From: Roseovarius sp.
GTDB lineage: Bacteria > Pseudomonadota > Alphaproteobacteria > Rhodobacterales > Rhodobacteraceae
DNA: 64,000 nt
Direction: 5' to 3'
Assembly (NCBI GenBank): GCA_034521935.1
Contig: JAXHLV010000006.1
Span: 251,550-315,549, forward strand
Below the pieces are notes generated by a model. It was not told the origin of the DNA. It ran no database searches and saw only the letters and a program-made list of their open reading frames with translations. How positions within the stretch are numbered: position 1 is the first letter of the stretch; each line of letters opens with the position of its first letter. Shown here one piece after another: positions 50,300-61,424 of the stretch. The position numbers were made by a program, and so were the translations under genes.

Positions 50300-51657
50300 A
50301 TGGCCGATCCCAAAAAGCTCTACATCCGCACCTATGGCTGTCAGATGAACGTTTATGACAGCGAGCGCATGGCCGAGGCGATGGGCGGGGCGGGCTATGT
50401 CACCACCGATGATGCGGCCGAAGCCGACATGATCCTGCTCAACACCTGCCATATCCGCGAGAAGGCCGCCGAGAAGGTCTATTCCGAGCTGGGCCGGTTG
50501 CGCGGCGCTGAAGGCCGACAAGCCCGATCTGAAGATCGGCGTGGCGGGTTGCGTGGCGCAGGCCGAAGGCGAGGAGATCATGCGCCGTCAGCCGCTGGTG
50601 GATCTGGTGGTGGGGCCGCAGAGCTATCACCGGCTGCCGCAGATGGAGGCGCGGGTGCGCGAGGGTGGCAAGGCTCTCGACACCGATTTCCCGCTCGATG
50701 ACAAGTTCGACACGCTGCGCCACCGGCCCAAGGCGAAACGCGGCCCGACCGCGTTCCTGACCGTGCAGGAGGGCTGCGACAAGTTCTGCGCCTTCTGCGT
50801 GGTGCCCTATACCCGCGGGGCCGAGGCGAGCCGTCCCGCCGCGCGCGTGCTGGAGGAGGCGCGCGACCTGGTGGAACGCGGCGTGCGCGAGATCACCCTG
50901 CTGGGCCAGAACGTCAACGCCTATCACGGCGCGGGGCCGGGGGCGACTGGAGCCTCGCGCGGCTCATCTGGGCGCTCAACGACATCGACGGGCTGGAGCG
51001 GATCCGCTTTACCACCAGCCACCCCAACGACATGACCGACGACCTGATCGCGGCGCACGGGGACTGCCCCAAGCTGATGCCCTACCTGCACCTGCCGGTG
51101 CAGTCCGGCTCTGACCGCATCCTCAAGCGGATGAACCGCCGCCACACCGCCGAGGGCTATCTGCGCCTGATCCAGCGGATCCGCGCGGCGCGGCCCGATA
51201 TCCTGATCTCGGGCGATTTCATCACCGGTTTTCCCGAGGAGACCGAGGACGATTTCCAGGCGCTACGCTCGACCTGATCGAGGCGGTGGGCTACGGGCAG
51301 GCGTTCTCGTTCAAGTATTCCACCCGCCCCGGCACCCCCGCCGCCGAGCGCCCGCAGGTGGCCGAAGAGGTCAAGGCAGAGCGCCTCCAGCGGCTGCAGG
51401 AGCTGATCACCCGGCAACAGCGCGCGGTGCAGGACGCGATGGTGGGCCGCACGGTGGGCGTGCTTTTTGAGAAGCCGGGGCGGATGCCGGGGCAGATGGT
51501 GGGCAAGTCCGACCACCTGCACGCGGTGCATGTGAGCGAGCCGGGCCGTGCTGCGGGCGATCTGGCGCAGGTGGAGATCGTGGAGAGCGGGGCCAACTCG
51601 CTGGCCGGACGCGTCGTCACACGGCCCGGCGATTGTGGCGAGACTGTGGCGCGATAG
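50300..51657 (+). CDS. miaB: tRNA methylthiotransferase (apparent frameshifts near 50505, 50940 and 51265)
   Basis: [36 protein letters not shown] radical-SAM motif, C-terminal TRAM domain. Confidence 0.93.
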
Positions 51658-51801
51658 CGATTGTTTCCCGCCACGCCACAATATCCGCGTCAAATTTGCT
51701 TCACATCGGAATAAAAACCGTTAAACTCCAAATACATTGAACAGATTGCGCGCAGGTCAGGCGCGCGAGTTTGGCAACGGGGGATTGGGACATTGGTGAG
51801 C

Positions 51802-52371
51802 ATGGCATCGGATATGCTGCGCCGGATCGCGGGAGGGGCCGCGATGGCGGCGCTCGCCGTTTCGGTCGTGGCCGGCGCGGCAAGCGCGCAGCAGGGGCAG
51901 CGCACGGTTGTGGGGGAACGCTACATCCCGACGATCTGGGTGGACCCGGACGGCTGTGAGCACTGGGTCATGGATGACGGGGCCGAAGGCTATATGAGCC
52001 CGCATGTCAGCCGACAGGGCATTCCTGTTTGCCGCGAGGTCAACCTGTGCGGCGTGGTCAACACCGATCAGCTTTTCGCGACCGACAGCGCGCGGATCAG
52101 CCATGCAGGAAAGCAGCGCCTGCATGAGTTCTTTCGCAGCGCGGGGGCGGTATCCTACACCATCGTCGGCCACACCGACAGCCGCGCCTCGGACGAATAC
52201 AACATGAGCCTGTCCTACCGACGCGCCACCGCGGTCGCGTCGGTAGCGCGCAGCATGGGGGCACGCATCTCGGACGTGCGGGGCTATGGCGAGCGGATGC
52301 CCAAGGCGTCGAACAATACTGCGGCCGGCATGGCGCAGAACCGCCGTGTCGAAATCATGTGCTGGCGCTGA
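51802..52371 (+). CDS. Secreted OmpA-like peptidoglycan-binding protein with an N-terminal Cys/His domain
   Basis: Signal peptide, GHTDSRASDEYN..LS.RRA..V, NRRVEI. Confidence 0.85.
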   Translation: MASDMLRRIAGGAAMAALAVSVVAGAASAQQGQRTVVGERYIPTIWVDPDGCEHWVMDDGAEGYMSPHVSRQGIPVCREVNLCGVVNTDQLFATDSARISHAGKQRLHEFFRSAGAVSYTIVGHTDSRASDEYNMSLSYRRATAVASVARSMGARISDVRGYGERMPKASNNTAAGMAQNRRVEIMCWR

Positions 52372-52382
52372 GGGGATTTGAC

Positions 52383-52694
52383 ATGGCATATTTCAAGATC
52401 GCAATCGTCCTGCCGGTGATCGGCCTGCTGGCGGCCTGCGAGGGGGGCCACGGCACCGTGGGGCCCGACAAATCGCGCGACCGGGGCACCGACAAGAAAC
52501 ACCTCAGCCAATTGCAGGCAGGTATATGGGTCGATCCCAACGGCTGCGACCACTGGATCATCGACGACGGGGTCGAGGGCTATCTCTCGCAGCGGCTCGA
52601 CAAGTTCGGCAAGCCGGTCTGCTCGGGCGTGGCACCGCCTACGGTGGCGACCGGGCCGTTCAAGGACGGAAGCCGCATTCCCGACGTTCTCTGA
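52383..52694 (+). CDS. Small hypothetical lipoprotein
   Basis: Lipobox LAAC; contains IWVDPNGCDHWIIDDGVEGYLS; GAGGGG RBS. Confidence 0.75.
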   Translation: MAYFKIAIVLPVIGLLAACEGGHGTVGPDKSRDRGTDKKHLSQLQAGIWVDPNGCDHWIIDDGVEGYLSQRLDKFGKPVCSGVAPPTVATGPFKDGSRIPDVL

Positions 52695-52823
52695 ACGTGA
52701 CGGGACCAGACTGAAAAAAGGGCGCGGGGCCGGGCGGCTCTGCGCCTTTCGCGCTGTTGGCGCTTGCGTCCGGCGGCACATCTTGGCAGGCTCAGTGCGA
52801 ACCTTTGACCTTCGGAGACCTGC

Positions 52824-53825
52824 TTGGGTAACACCGCACCGCCCCCCGCCCCCGATTCGCTCGTTGAGACGGCGATCGAATTTCCCGACAACAAGCTGCT
52901 CATCGACCTGTGCGGCGAATACGACCGCAACCTTGCCGAGATCGAGCGCGCGCTTGGCGTGCAGATCGTGCGGCGCGGCAACCTGCTGGCGGTGATCGGC
53001 GACGAGGTGCCGACCGCCGACGCGGCGGGTGTGCTTCACGCGCTTTATGCCCGGCTCGAGGGTGGCAAGCAGGTGGAGTTCGCCGACGTGGACCGCGAGT
53101 TGCGCATGGGGTCCGAAACGGATGTCCCTGGCGGTCTCGATGGCGATCAACTCGAGATGTTCAAGGGCGGCACGGTCGAGATCCGCACCCGTAAAAAACT
53201 GGTGGAGCCGCGCACCGACGCGCAGAAAGCGTATGTGAAATCGCTCTTTGGGCACGAATTGGCCTTTGGCATCGGGCCTGCGGGCACCGGCAAGACCTAT
53301 CTGGCGGTCGCGGTCGGGGTGAACATGTTCATCGAAGGCCATGTCGACCGGATCATCCTCGCGCGCCCGGCGGTCGAGGCGGGCGAGAAGCTCGGCTACC
53401 TGCCCGGCGACATGAAGGACAAGGTCGATCCTTACATGCAGCCGCTTTACGACGCTCTGAACGATTTCCTGCCGGGCAAGCAACTTGCCAAGCTGATCGA
53501 GGAAAAGCGCATCGAGATCGCACCGCTGGCATTCATGCGGGGCCGCACGCTCGCCAATGCCTTCGTCGTGCTCGACGAGGCGCAGAATGCGACATCCATG
53601 CAGATGAAGATGTTTCTCACCCGTTTGGGCGAGGGCTCGCGCATGGTCATCACCGGCGACCGCACGCAGATCGACCTGCCGCGCGGCGTGCCCTCGGGGC
53701 TGTCGGATGCCGAGCGTCTTCTGGCGCGCATACCGCAGATATCGTTCAATTATTTCACGGCGAAGGACGTGGTGCGCCATCCGCTCGTGGCGGCGATCAT
53801 CGAGGCCTACGAGGCGGATGGCTGA
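52824..53825 (+). CDS. phoH: PhoH-family ATPase (YbeZ)
   Basis: GPAGTGKTYLA, RPAVEAGE.LG.LPG, MRGRTL, DEAQN. Confidence 0.92.
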   Translation: MGNTAPPPAPDSLVETAIEFPDNKLLIDLCGEYDRNLAEIERALGVQIVRRGNLLAVIGDEVPTADAAGVLHALYARLEGGKQVEFADVDRELRMGSETDVPGGLDGDQLEMFKGGTVEIRTRKKLVEPRTDAQKAYVKSLFGHELAFGIGPAGTGKTYLAVAVGVNMFIEGHVDRIILARPAVEAGEKLGYLPGDMKDKVDPYMQPLYDALNDFLPGKQLAKLIEEKRIEIAPLAFMRGRTLANAFVVLDEAQNATSMQMKMFLTRLGEGSRMVITGDRTQIDLPRGVPSGLSDAERLLARIPQISFNYFTAKDVVRHPLVAAIIEAYEADG

Positions 53826-53828
53826 GCC

Positions 53829-54323
53829 ATGCCGGTGGAAGTGATCGTCGAGGACGCGCGCTGGCAGGCGGCGGGGCTGGAGGCGCTGGCGTCGCGCGCG
53901 GCACAGGCCGCTCTCGCCCATCTCGGGCTCGATCCCGAGGTATGGGAGATCAGCCTGCTGGCCTGCGACGATTCGCGCATCGCGGCGCTCAATACCGATT
54001 TCCGTGGCAAGCCCGCCGCCACCAACGTGCTGAGCTGGCCCGCCGGGCATCTTGCGCCCGAGGTGGCCGGGGCCACCCCCTCGCCGCCCTTGCCCGACGG
54101 GGATGAGGCGTGTCTGGGCGATATCGCCATCGCCTGGGAGACCTGCACCCGCGAGGCCACCGAGGGGGGGCGTCCGCTGGCCGATCACGTCACGCATTTG
54201 ATCGTTCACGCGGTGCTGCACCTTCTGGGCTTTGATCACATCCGTGACCCGGATGCCACGCTCATGGAGACAACCGAGATCGGGATACTTGGCAAGCTGG
54301 GGGTTCCTGACCCATATACATGA
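53829..54323 (+). CDS. ybeY: rRNA maturation endoribonuclease
   Basis: LN..FRGK..ATNVLSWP, LGDI, H...HAVLHLLGFDH. Confidence 0.92.
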   Translation: MPVEVIVEDARWQAAGLEALASRAAQAALAHLGLDPEVWEISLLACDDSRIAALNTDFRGKPAATNVLSWPAGHLAPEVAGATPSPPLPDGDEACLGDIAIAWETCTREATEGGRPLADHVTHLIVHAVLHLLGFDHIRDPDATLMETTEIGILGKLGVPDPYT

Positions 54324-54364
54324 ATAAGCGGGGCACGCTGGCCCCACCACCTGAGACGGGACGG

Positions 54365-55252
54365 ATGGACGAGAGCATAGAGGGATCACCTGGCGCGGCG
54401 CGGAGCGCGCAGCCCGAGGATCGAACAGAAAGCGACGAGACGGGCGGGTTCTTTCGCCGGGTCATCGGCATTTTCAACCCACATGACGAGGAAGACGCGA
54501 GCGACGCGGCCCCTGGCGACACGGGCGCGGCGGTTTTCGGCGTCGACCGGTTGCGCCATGTCACGGTCGAGGACGTGGCCATCCCCACCGCCGAGATCGT
54601 CGCCGTCCCGGTGGATATCACCCTCACCGATCTCGTGCAGGTGTTTCGCGAGAGCGGCATGTCGCGCCTGCCGGTCTTCGAGGGCACGCTCGACACGCCC
54701 CTCGGCATGATCCACCTCAAGGATTTCGCGCTCAAGCATGGCTTCAACGGCAAGGGCACGCGGCTCGACATCCACTCCATGCTGCGCCCGTTGCTCTATG
54801 TGCCGCCGTCGATGCCCATCGGCGTCCTGATGCAGAAGATGCAGGCCGAGCGGCGGCACATGGCGCTGGTGATCGACGAATATGGTGGCGTCGACGGGCT
54901 GGTGACCATCGAGGACCTGATCGAACAGGTCGTGGGCGAAATCGAGGATGAGCACGACACCGACGATGATGCCTATTGGCAAAAGGAGGCGCCGGGATGC
55001 TACCTTGCCGTCGCGCGCACGCCGCTCGATGAGTTCGAGGCCGAGATCGGCCTGTCGCTCACCGAGACCGACGAGGTGGACGAGGAAGAGATCGACACGC
55101 TGGGCGGGCTGGTCTTCATGCTGCTTGGGCGGGTGCCCGCGCGCGGCGAGGTGATCGAGCATCCCACCGGCGCGAGCCTCGAGGTGGTCGAGGCCGATCC
55201 GCGCCGGATCAAGCGGGTGCGCGTGCGCGTTCCCGGACTTGCCGGTGAGTGA
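54365..55252 (+). CDS. corC: CBS/CorC-HlyC magnesium/cobalt efflux-associated protein
   Basis: [43 protein letters not shown]. Confidence 0.85.
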   Translation: MDESIEGSPGAARSAQPEDRTESDETGGFFRRVIGIFNPHDEEDASDAAPGDTGAAVFGVDRLRHVTVEDVAIPTAEIVAVPVDITLTDLVQVFRESGMSRLPVFEGTLDTPLGMIHLKDFALKHGFNGKGTRLDIHSMLRPLLYVPPSMPIGVLMQKMQAERRHMALVIDEYGGVDGLVTIEDLIEQVVGEIEDEHDTDDDAYWQKEAPGCYLAVARTPLDEFEAEIGLSLTETDEVDEEEIDTLGGLVFMLLGRVPARGEVIEHPTGASLEVVEADPRRIKRVRVRVPGLAGE

Positions 55253-56753
55253 CGCAGTGCCCGCGCGGCTTGCCCGCCTGGGGTGGCCCGCGCGGGTGGC
55301 GATGGTGCTGGCACTTGGTGCCATGGCGGCGCTGGGGCAAGCCCCCTGGGGGCTGTGGCCGCTGACCGTGGTGGCGCTGGCGCTGGTCTACGGGCTTTAC
55401 CGGCAGGCGGATGGCTGGCGCGCGGCGGCGTGGCTTGGCTGGGGCGTGGGATGCGGGCATTTCCTGCTGGCGCTGCACTGGATCACCGACCCGTTCATGG
55501 TCGATGTCGCGCGACACGGCTGGATGGCTCCCTTCGCGCTCGTGGGGCTGGCGGGCGGCTTGGCGCTCTTCTGGGGGGCGGCGCTGGCGCTGGCGCGCGC
55601 GGCGGGCGGCGGACCTGTGGCCCTTGTCGCCGGGCTGGGGCTGGCCGAGGCCGCGCGCGACCGGTTCTTCACCGGCTTTCCCTGGGCGCAGCCGGGGCAT
55701 GTGTTGATCGACACGCCGCTGCTGCACTGGACGTCATACCTTGGTGCGCCGGGGCTGCTGGTTCTGGTGCTGGCGGCGGCGGTGGCGCTTTGGCATGCTG
55801 CGGCAGGGCATCGCATCGGTGGGACGGTGGCGCTTTTGGCGATGGCGGCGCTCTGGCCTCTGGGCGCGGCACTCACGCCGGAGGGGGCCGCCGCGCCCGG
55901 GGCCCCGGTGGTGCGCCTTATCCAGCCAAACGCGCCGCAACACGAGAAATGGGACCCCGACAAGGTGCAGGTCTTCTACGACCGTCAGCGCGCCTTTTCG
56001 GCGGCGGGGGATGTGCCGCCCGATCTCGTGGTGTGGCCGGAGACGGCGGTGCCGGTGCTGCTGGAGCGTGCCGGGCCGACACTCGAGGCGATCTCGGGGG
56101 CGGCGCGCGGGGTGCCGGTGGTGCTGGGCATTCAGCGCACGGAGGGGCCGCGCATCTACAACTCGCTCGCCGTGGTCGAGGCGGGGGGAGCCGTGACGGC
56201 GGTTTATGACAAGCATCACCTCGTGCCCTTTGGCGAATACATGCCGTTCGGTGACCTGCTGGCGCGGGTCGGCATCTACGGGCTTGCGTCGAACGCGGGG
56301 CAGGGGTATTCGGCCGGACCGGGGGCGCGGCTGGTGGAGATCGCGGGGCTTGGCCGGGCGCTGCCGCTTATCTGCTACGAGGGGGTTTTCGCGCGCGATC
56401 TGCGGGCGGCACCGGGCCGCCCCGATTTCCTTTTGCTCATCACCAACGACGCCTGGTTCGGCAAGATTTCCGGTCCTTATCAACATCTTGCGCAAGCGCG
56501 GCTGCGCAGCGCCGAGATGGGGCTGCCGATGATCCGGGTGGCCAATACCGGCGTGTCGGCGATGATCGACGCCACCGGGCGCGTGACCGCGCAGATCCCG
56601 CTGGGCGAGGCGGGGTGGCGCGATGCGCCGCTGCCGCCGCCCTTGCCCGCGACGGTCTATGCGCGGCTCGGGGATGCGCCGATGCTGGTGCTCTTCGCGG
56701 TGCTTCTGGCGCTGTCGTTATGGCGCAACAGGCGGCGTGCGCGGCGCATTTAG
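55245..56753 (+). CDS. lnt: Apolipoprotein N-acyltransferase
   Basis: TGFPW, QPN, WPE, YDKHHLVPFGEY, ICYE, TNDAWF, ANTG.S. Confidence 0.93.
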   Translation: MSDAVPARLARLGWPARVAMVLALGAMAALGQAPWGLWPLTVVALALVYGLYRQADGWRAAAWLGWGVGCGHFLLALHWITDPFMVDVARHGWMAPFALVGLAGGLALFWGAALALARAAGGGPVALVAGLGLAEAARDRFFTGFPWAQPGHVLIDTPLLHWTSYLGAPGLLVLVLAAAVALWHAAAGHRIGGTVALLAMAALWPLGAALTPEGAAAPGAPVVRLIQPNAPQHEKWDPDKVQVFYDRQRAFSAAGDVPPDLVVWPETAVPVLLERAGPTLEAISGAARGVPVVLGIQRTEGPRIYNSLAVVEAGGAVTAVYDKHHLVPFGEYMPFGDLLARVGIYGLASNAGQGYSAGPGARLVEIAGLGRALPLICYEGVFARDLRAAPGRPDFLLLITNDAWFGKISGPYQHLAQARLRSAEMGLPMIRVANTGVSAMIDATGRVTAQIPLGEAGWRDAPLPPPLPATVYARLGDAPMLVLFAVLLALSLWRNRRRARRI

Positions 56754-56793
56754 CGATTGACGCAGGGGGCTTGCGGGCTTACCCACTGTCAAT

Positions 56794-56840
56794 CCCGTCA
56801 CAACGGCTTCCTGGCGTGACGGATGTACCAAATGGAGCGC
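56794..56840 (+). promoter_or_regulatory. SAM-SAH riboswitch
   Basis: ccgtcacaacggcttcctggcgtgacgg...tggagc directly before metK, matching the Rhodobacterales SAM-SAH motif. Confidence 0.88.
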
Positions 56841-56844
56841 TTTC

Positions 56845-58011
56845 ATGTCCCGACAGAACTATATCTTCACCTCCGAGTCCGTGTCGGAGGGGCATCCCGA
56901 CAAGGTCTGCGACCGCATTTCGGATGCGATCCTCGACGCGTTTCTGAGCGAAGAGGCCAATGCGCGGGTAGCCTGCGAGACATTCGCCACCACCAACTGC
57001 GTGGTGGTCGGCGGCGAAGTCGGGTTGTCGGACAAGTCGCGGCTGGCGGAATTCATGGGGCGGATCGACGGGATCGTGCGCGACTGCGTGCGCGATATCG
57101 GCTACGAGCAGAAGGAATTTCACTGGAATACCTTGCAGTTATACAACATGCTTCATGCTCAGTCGGCGCATATCGCGCAAGGGGTGGACCGCGACGGCGC
57201 GGGCGATCAGGGGATCATGTTCGGCTATGCGGTGGACGAGACGCCGGAGCTGATGCCGGCCCCGATCCTCTATGCCCACGCGATCCTCAAGCGGCTGGCA
57301 GATGTGAGAAAATCGGGCAAAGAGAAGACCTTAGGCCCCGATGCCAAATCGCAGGTGACACTGCGCTACGAGAATGGCGTACCGGTCGAGGTGACGCAGC
57401 TTGTGCTGTCGACGCAGCACACAGACGAGGCACAGACGAGCGATGACATCCGCGCCATCGTTGAACCATATATTCGGGAAGTTGTTCCAAAACAATGGCT
57501 TACGGACAATACCGAATGGCACGTGAACCCCACCGGCACCTTTGTCATCGGCGGACCGGACGGCGATGCGGGGCTGACGGGGCGCAAGATCATCGTCGAT
57601 ACCTATGGCGGTGCGGCCCCGCACGGGGGCGGCGCGTTTTCGGGTAAGGACCCGACAAAGGTAGACAGATCAGCGGCTTACGCGGCGCGCTACCTTGCCA
57701 AGAACATCGTCGCCGCGGGGCTGGCACGGAAATGCACGCTGCAACTGAGTTATGCGATCGGGGTGGCCAAGCCGCTGTCGATCTACGTGGATACGCATGG
57801 CACCAGCCAAGTGCATGAATCCGAAATAGAAAATGCCATTCCCAAGATCATGGACCTGCGCCCGCGGGGCATTCGCGAACACCTGGAGCTCACCCGCCCG
57901 ATCTATGCGCGCACCGCAGCCTACGGGCATTTCGGACGTGCGCCGGAGGCCGATGGCGGCTTTTCCTGGGAGCGCACGGACCTTGTTGAGGCGTTTAAAA
58001 AAACAGTCTGA
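56845..58011 (+). CDS. metK: S-adenosylmethionine synthetase
   Basis: [42 protein letters not shown]. Confidence 0.97.
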   Translation: MSRQNYIFTSESVSEGHPDKVCDRISDAILDAFLSEEANARVACETFATTNCVVVGGEVGLSDKSRLAEFMGRIDGIVRDCVRDIGYEQKEFHWNTLQLYNMLHAQSAHIAQGVDRDGAGDQGIMFGYAVDETPELMPAPILYAHAILKRLADVRKSGKEKTLGPDAKSQVTLRYENGVPVEVTQLVLSTQHTDEAQTSDDIRAIVEPYIREVVPKQWLTDNTEWHVNPTGTFVIGGPDGDAGLTGRKIIVDTYGGAAPHGGGAFSGKDPTKVDRSAAYAARYLAKNIVAAGLARKCTLQLSYAIGVAKPLSIYVDTHGTSQVHESEIENAIPKIMDLRPRGIREHLELTRPIYARTAAYGHFGRAPEADGGFSWERTDLVEAFKKTV

Positions 58012-58054
58012 ACAAGGCATTGTGGCGCATTCTTCAAGTGTCACATGAGGTAAT

Positions 58055-58766
58055 ATGACGGCTGGAAAACACCCGCAAGGCGCGCCCTGGCGCAATTTTC
58101 ACGGGCGGATCAAGGGCAAGGCGCTGCGCCGCAACCAAGAGGCGTGGCTGGACGAGGACCTTGGCCGCCTGTCGCCCGGAGCCGTGGATCGGGACGTGAA
58201 CCCCGACCGAAAACCCATTGATCTGAAAGAGTATTTCGGGAATCGTGAGGTCTGGCTCGAGATCGGGTTCGGGGGCGGCGAGCACATGGTGCATCAGGCA
58301 GTGCAGACCCCGCATGTCGGGATCATCGGGTGCGAGCCGTATATCAATGGCGTGGCCATGCTGCTGGGCAAAATCCGCGCTGCGAAAACACAAAATGTAG
58401 CGGTGTATCCCGGTGATGTCCGCAACATGTTCGATGTGTTGCCGGAAGGGTCGATCTCGCGGGCGTTCCTGCTCTACCCCGATCCGTGGCCGAAAAAGCG
58501 CCATCACAAGCGCCGTTTCGTCACCGAAGAGCATTTAAGACCGCTCTCCAAGTGCCTGAAGAAAGGCGCTATTTCGGGTGGCGACGGATATCCCGGATTA
58601 TGTGCGCCAGACTCTCGAAGAGGTTCCGCGTTTCGGGTTCGAGTGGCTGGCAGAGCGGCCCGAAGACTGGCGCAACCCGTGGAATGACTGGATTTCAACA
58701 CGTTACGAGAAAAAGGCGCTGCGCGAGGGCCGCGTGCCGCATTACCTGACCTTCCGGCGGGTGTGA
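58055..58766 (+). CDS. trmB: tRNA (guanine-N7)-methyltransferase (apparent frameshift near 58573)
   Basis: LEIGFGGGEH, GCEPY.NG, YPDPWPKKRH.KRR, then ATD..DY and TRYE.KA in another frame. Confidence 0.9.
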
Positions 58767-58833
58767 CGCGCGAACCGCGCGGTTCAGGCGATGAACCGGG
58801 AGGTTCGCGGAAGCCAGCGCGCGGTGCGTTCGG

Positions 58834-60015
58834 TTATTGCGGGGATTGCGATCGGCCGTCGAGCTTGTCGCCCAGCCGCCAGAGCATGTCGATGCAATGC
58901 TGCACCTGGTCGAGCGAGATGTATTCGTCGGGCTTGTGGGCCTGCTCGATGGAGCCGGGGCCGCAGACCACCGCCGAGGTGCCGTAGGCCTGAAACAGCC
59001 CCGCCTCGGTGCCGAAGGGGACAAGCTCGGCCATGTCCGTCCCGGTCAACTCCATCACGATGTCGCGCGCCTCGTTGAGGGCGGCGGGTTCCAGCCCGTC
59101 GACCTCGCCCACCACCTCGGTGGTGATGTCGGCCCCGGGGTGAATCTCGCGCATCCGGGGCAGCAGCATGTCTTCGCAGTAGCGCCGCAGATCCTCCTTG
59201 ACGAAGCGGGCGTCGGTGGCCTGAACGGGACGCATTTCCCATTCGATGGTGGCGTTGGAGGCGATGACGTTATGCGCGACGCCGCCCGAGATCGAGCCGG
59301 TGTTGATCGTGGTCCAGGGCGGGTCGAACCGGCTCCCTGCGGGGGCGCGGGCGCGCAGCGCCTCCTTGAGTTCCAGAAGGCGGTTGACGTAGCGCACCGC
59401 GTATTCCACCGCGTTCACCCCGCGCGACGGGGCCGAGCCGTGCCCGGCGAGGCCGCTGAACCGGGTGGTGTATTCGTAGCAGCCCTTGTGCCCCTCGATC
59501 ACGCGCATCATCGTCGGCTCGCCGATGATCGCCACGCCGGGGCGGATATCGCGGGCGCGCAGGCTCTCGATCAGGGCCTGCCCGCCGAGGCAGCCGACCT
59601 CCTCGTCATAGGTGAAGGCGAAATGCAACGGGCGGGTGGTGGCGCGTTCCGCCAGAAGCGGGGCCATCGACACGGCGGTGGCGATGAAGCCCTTCATGTC
59701 GCAGGTGCCGCGCCCGTAGAGGTGGCCGTCATGCTCGATCAGATCGAACGGGTCGGAGGCCCAGTCCTGTTCGGCCACCGGCACCACGTCGGAATGCCCC
59801 GACAGCACGATGCCGCCGTCGCAATCCGGGCCGATGGTGGCAAACAGGTTGGCCTTGTGGCCGATCTCGTCGTGGAAAATATCGACCCGCGCGCCGCAGG
59901 ATTCGAGCCGGTGGCCGAGATACGCGATCATGTCGAGGTTGCTCACCTCGGAGATGGTGGGGAAGGCGACAAGCTCGCGCAGGAGCGCGACGGTATCGGC
60001 AAGCTGGGTGCTCAA
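58834..60015 (-). CDS. argE: Acetylornithine deacetylase (M20 family)
   Basis: SGHSDVVP, GRGTCDMKG, DEEVG, GEPT, GTEAG, AHKPDEY. Confidence 0.82.
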   Translation of the reverse strand: MSTQLADTVALLRELVAFPTISEVSNLDMIAYLGHRLESCGARVDIFHDEIGHKANLFATIGPDCDGGIVLSGHSDVVPVAEQDWASDPFDLIEHDGHLYGRGTCDMKGFIATAVSMAPLLAERATTRPLHFAFTYDEEVGCLGGQALIESLRARDIRPGVAIIGEPTMMRVIEGHKGCYEYTTRFSGLAGHGSAPSRGVNAVEYAVRYVNRLLELKEALRARAPAGSRFDPPWTTINTGSISGGVAHNVIASNATIEWEMRPVQATDARFVKEDLRRYCEDMLLPRMREIHPGADITTEVVGEVDGLEPAALNEARDIVMELTGTDMAELVPFGTEAGLFQAYGTSAVVCGPGSIEQAHKPDEYISLDQVQHCIDMLWRLGDKLDGRSQSPQ

Positions 60016-60190
60016 ACGGGGCCTCTTTTTCCGGGGTGCTGCGAAAACAGTGCTAGAGTGAAACCGCCGCTGCCCGGCGTCAAGGCCCTGTCAACGGTGA
60101 CGGAAATTGGCCGTCCGGGGCGTGCGCGGGCCTTAAGCTCGCCGGATTTCCGCTGTAGGCTGTTCGCCAGAGGCAGGAACGCGGGCGATT

Positions 60191-61424
60191 ATGCGCAACG
60201 AGGACGAGCGGGACCGGGAGACGGGGCGGGCGACGGGGCGCGTGCGCCGCCGCCGGGTGTTCTACATCCCCGGCTATGACCCGATCCCGCCGCGCCGCTA
60301 CCGCGAGCTTTACCGCAAGGAAAGTGCCGCGCAGGCCGCCGTTTCCGGCCACGAGATCACGCTGCGGCCCGGCGGCGACACGGCGCGCTTTGGCTGGGGC
60401 GTGGCGGCGAAGATCGAGGGGCAGGCGGCCGAGGCGGAGATCACCGTTCTGGGCTGGTCGGATATCGTCAAGGGCAGCATGGCGCAGGGCATCCTCGCCA
60501 CCTATGCGCAACTGATCCGCACGGCGGCGGTCTATATCGGCTCGGGTGCGCTGTTTCGCCTGATGCGGTTGCGCAAGGGGCCGGTGATCGCGGCGCTTTA
60601 CCCGGTGGGGTTTTTGCTGGGGCAGTTGGCGATTGCGCTGGCGGTCGCGTCGCTGGTGGGGCGGGGGCTGGCGCTGGTGCATCCGTGGGCCGCGTGGGGC
60701 GGGCTGCTGGCGGTGCCGGTGGTGCTGGAAGGCTTCCGGCGTCTGGATGGCAAGCTCTTTGCCTATTACCTGATGCATGATTACGCGTATTCGGCGCGGT
60801 GGCTGGGGGCCAACCCGCCGGAGCTCGAGGCGCGGATGGCGGAGTTTGGCGATGCCATTGCCGGGGCGCTGGACGAGCGATTGCGACGAGGTGCTGGTGG
60901 TGGGCCATTCCTCGGGCGCGCATCTGGCGGTGTCGGTGCTGGCCGATCTCATTCGCGGGGGGCGCGTGCCTGAGGGGACGGCGCTGGGCTTTCTGAGCCT
61001 CGGGCAGGTGGTGCCGATGGTGTCGTTCCTGCCGAGGGCATGGCGGCTGCGCGACGATCTGGCGTATCTGAGCGCGCGGGACGAGCTGTTCTGGCTCGAT
61101 GTGACCGCGCCGGGGGATGGCTGCGCCTTTGCGCTGTGCGATCCGGTGGCGGTGTCGGGCGTGGCGCCGGAGGGCCAACGCTGGCCGCTGGTCATCTCGG
61201 CGGCGTTCACGCAGACGCTGAGCCCGGCGCGGTGGCGCGCGTTGCGCTGGCGGTTCTTCCGGCTGCATTTCCAGTATCTGTGCGCGTTCGATCGCCCCGG
61301 CGACTATGATTATTTCGCGATCACGGCGGGGCCAAGAACGTTGGCAGAGCGGTTCAAGGGCCGCGCGCCCTCGCCCGCGCGGATCACGCGGGCGACCTCG
61401 GGCTATCGGAGCGTCGCGCCATGA
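60191..61424 (+). CDS. Membrane-associated alpha/beta-hydrolase-like protein (apparent frameshift near 60880)
   Basis: RRVFYIPGYDP N-terminus, two TM helices, VVGHSSG nucleophile-elbow motif in the second frame. Confidence 0.65.
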
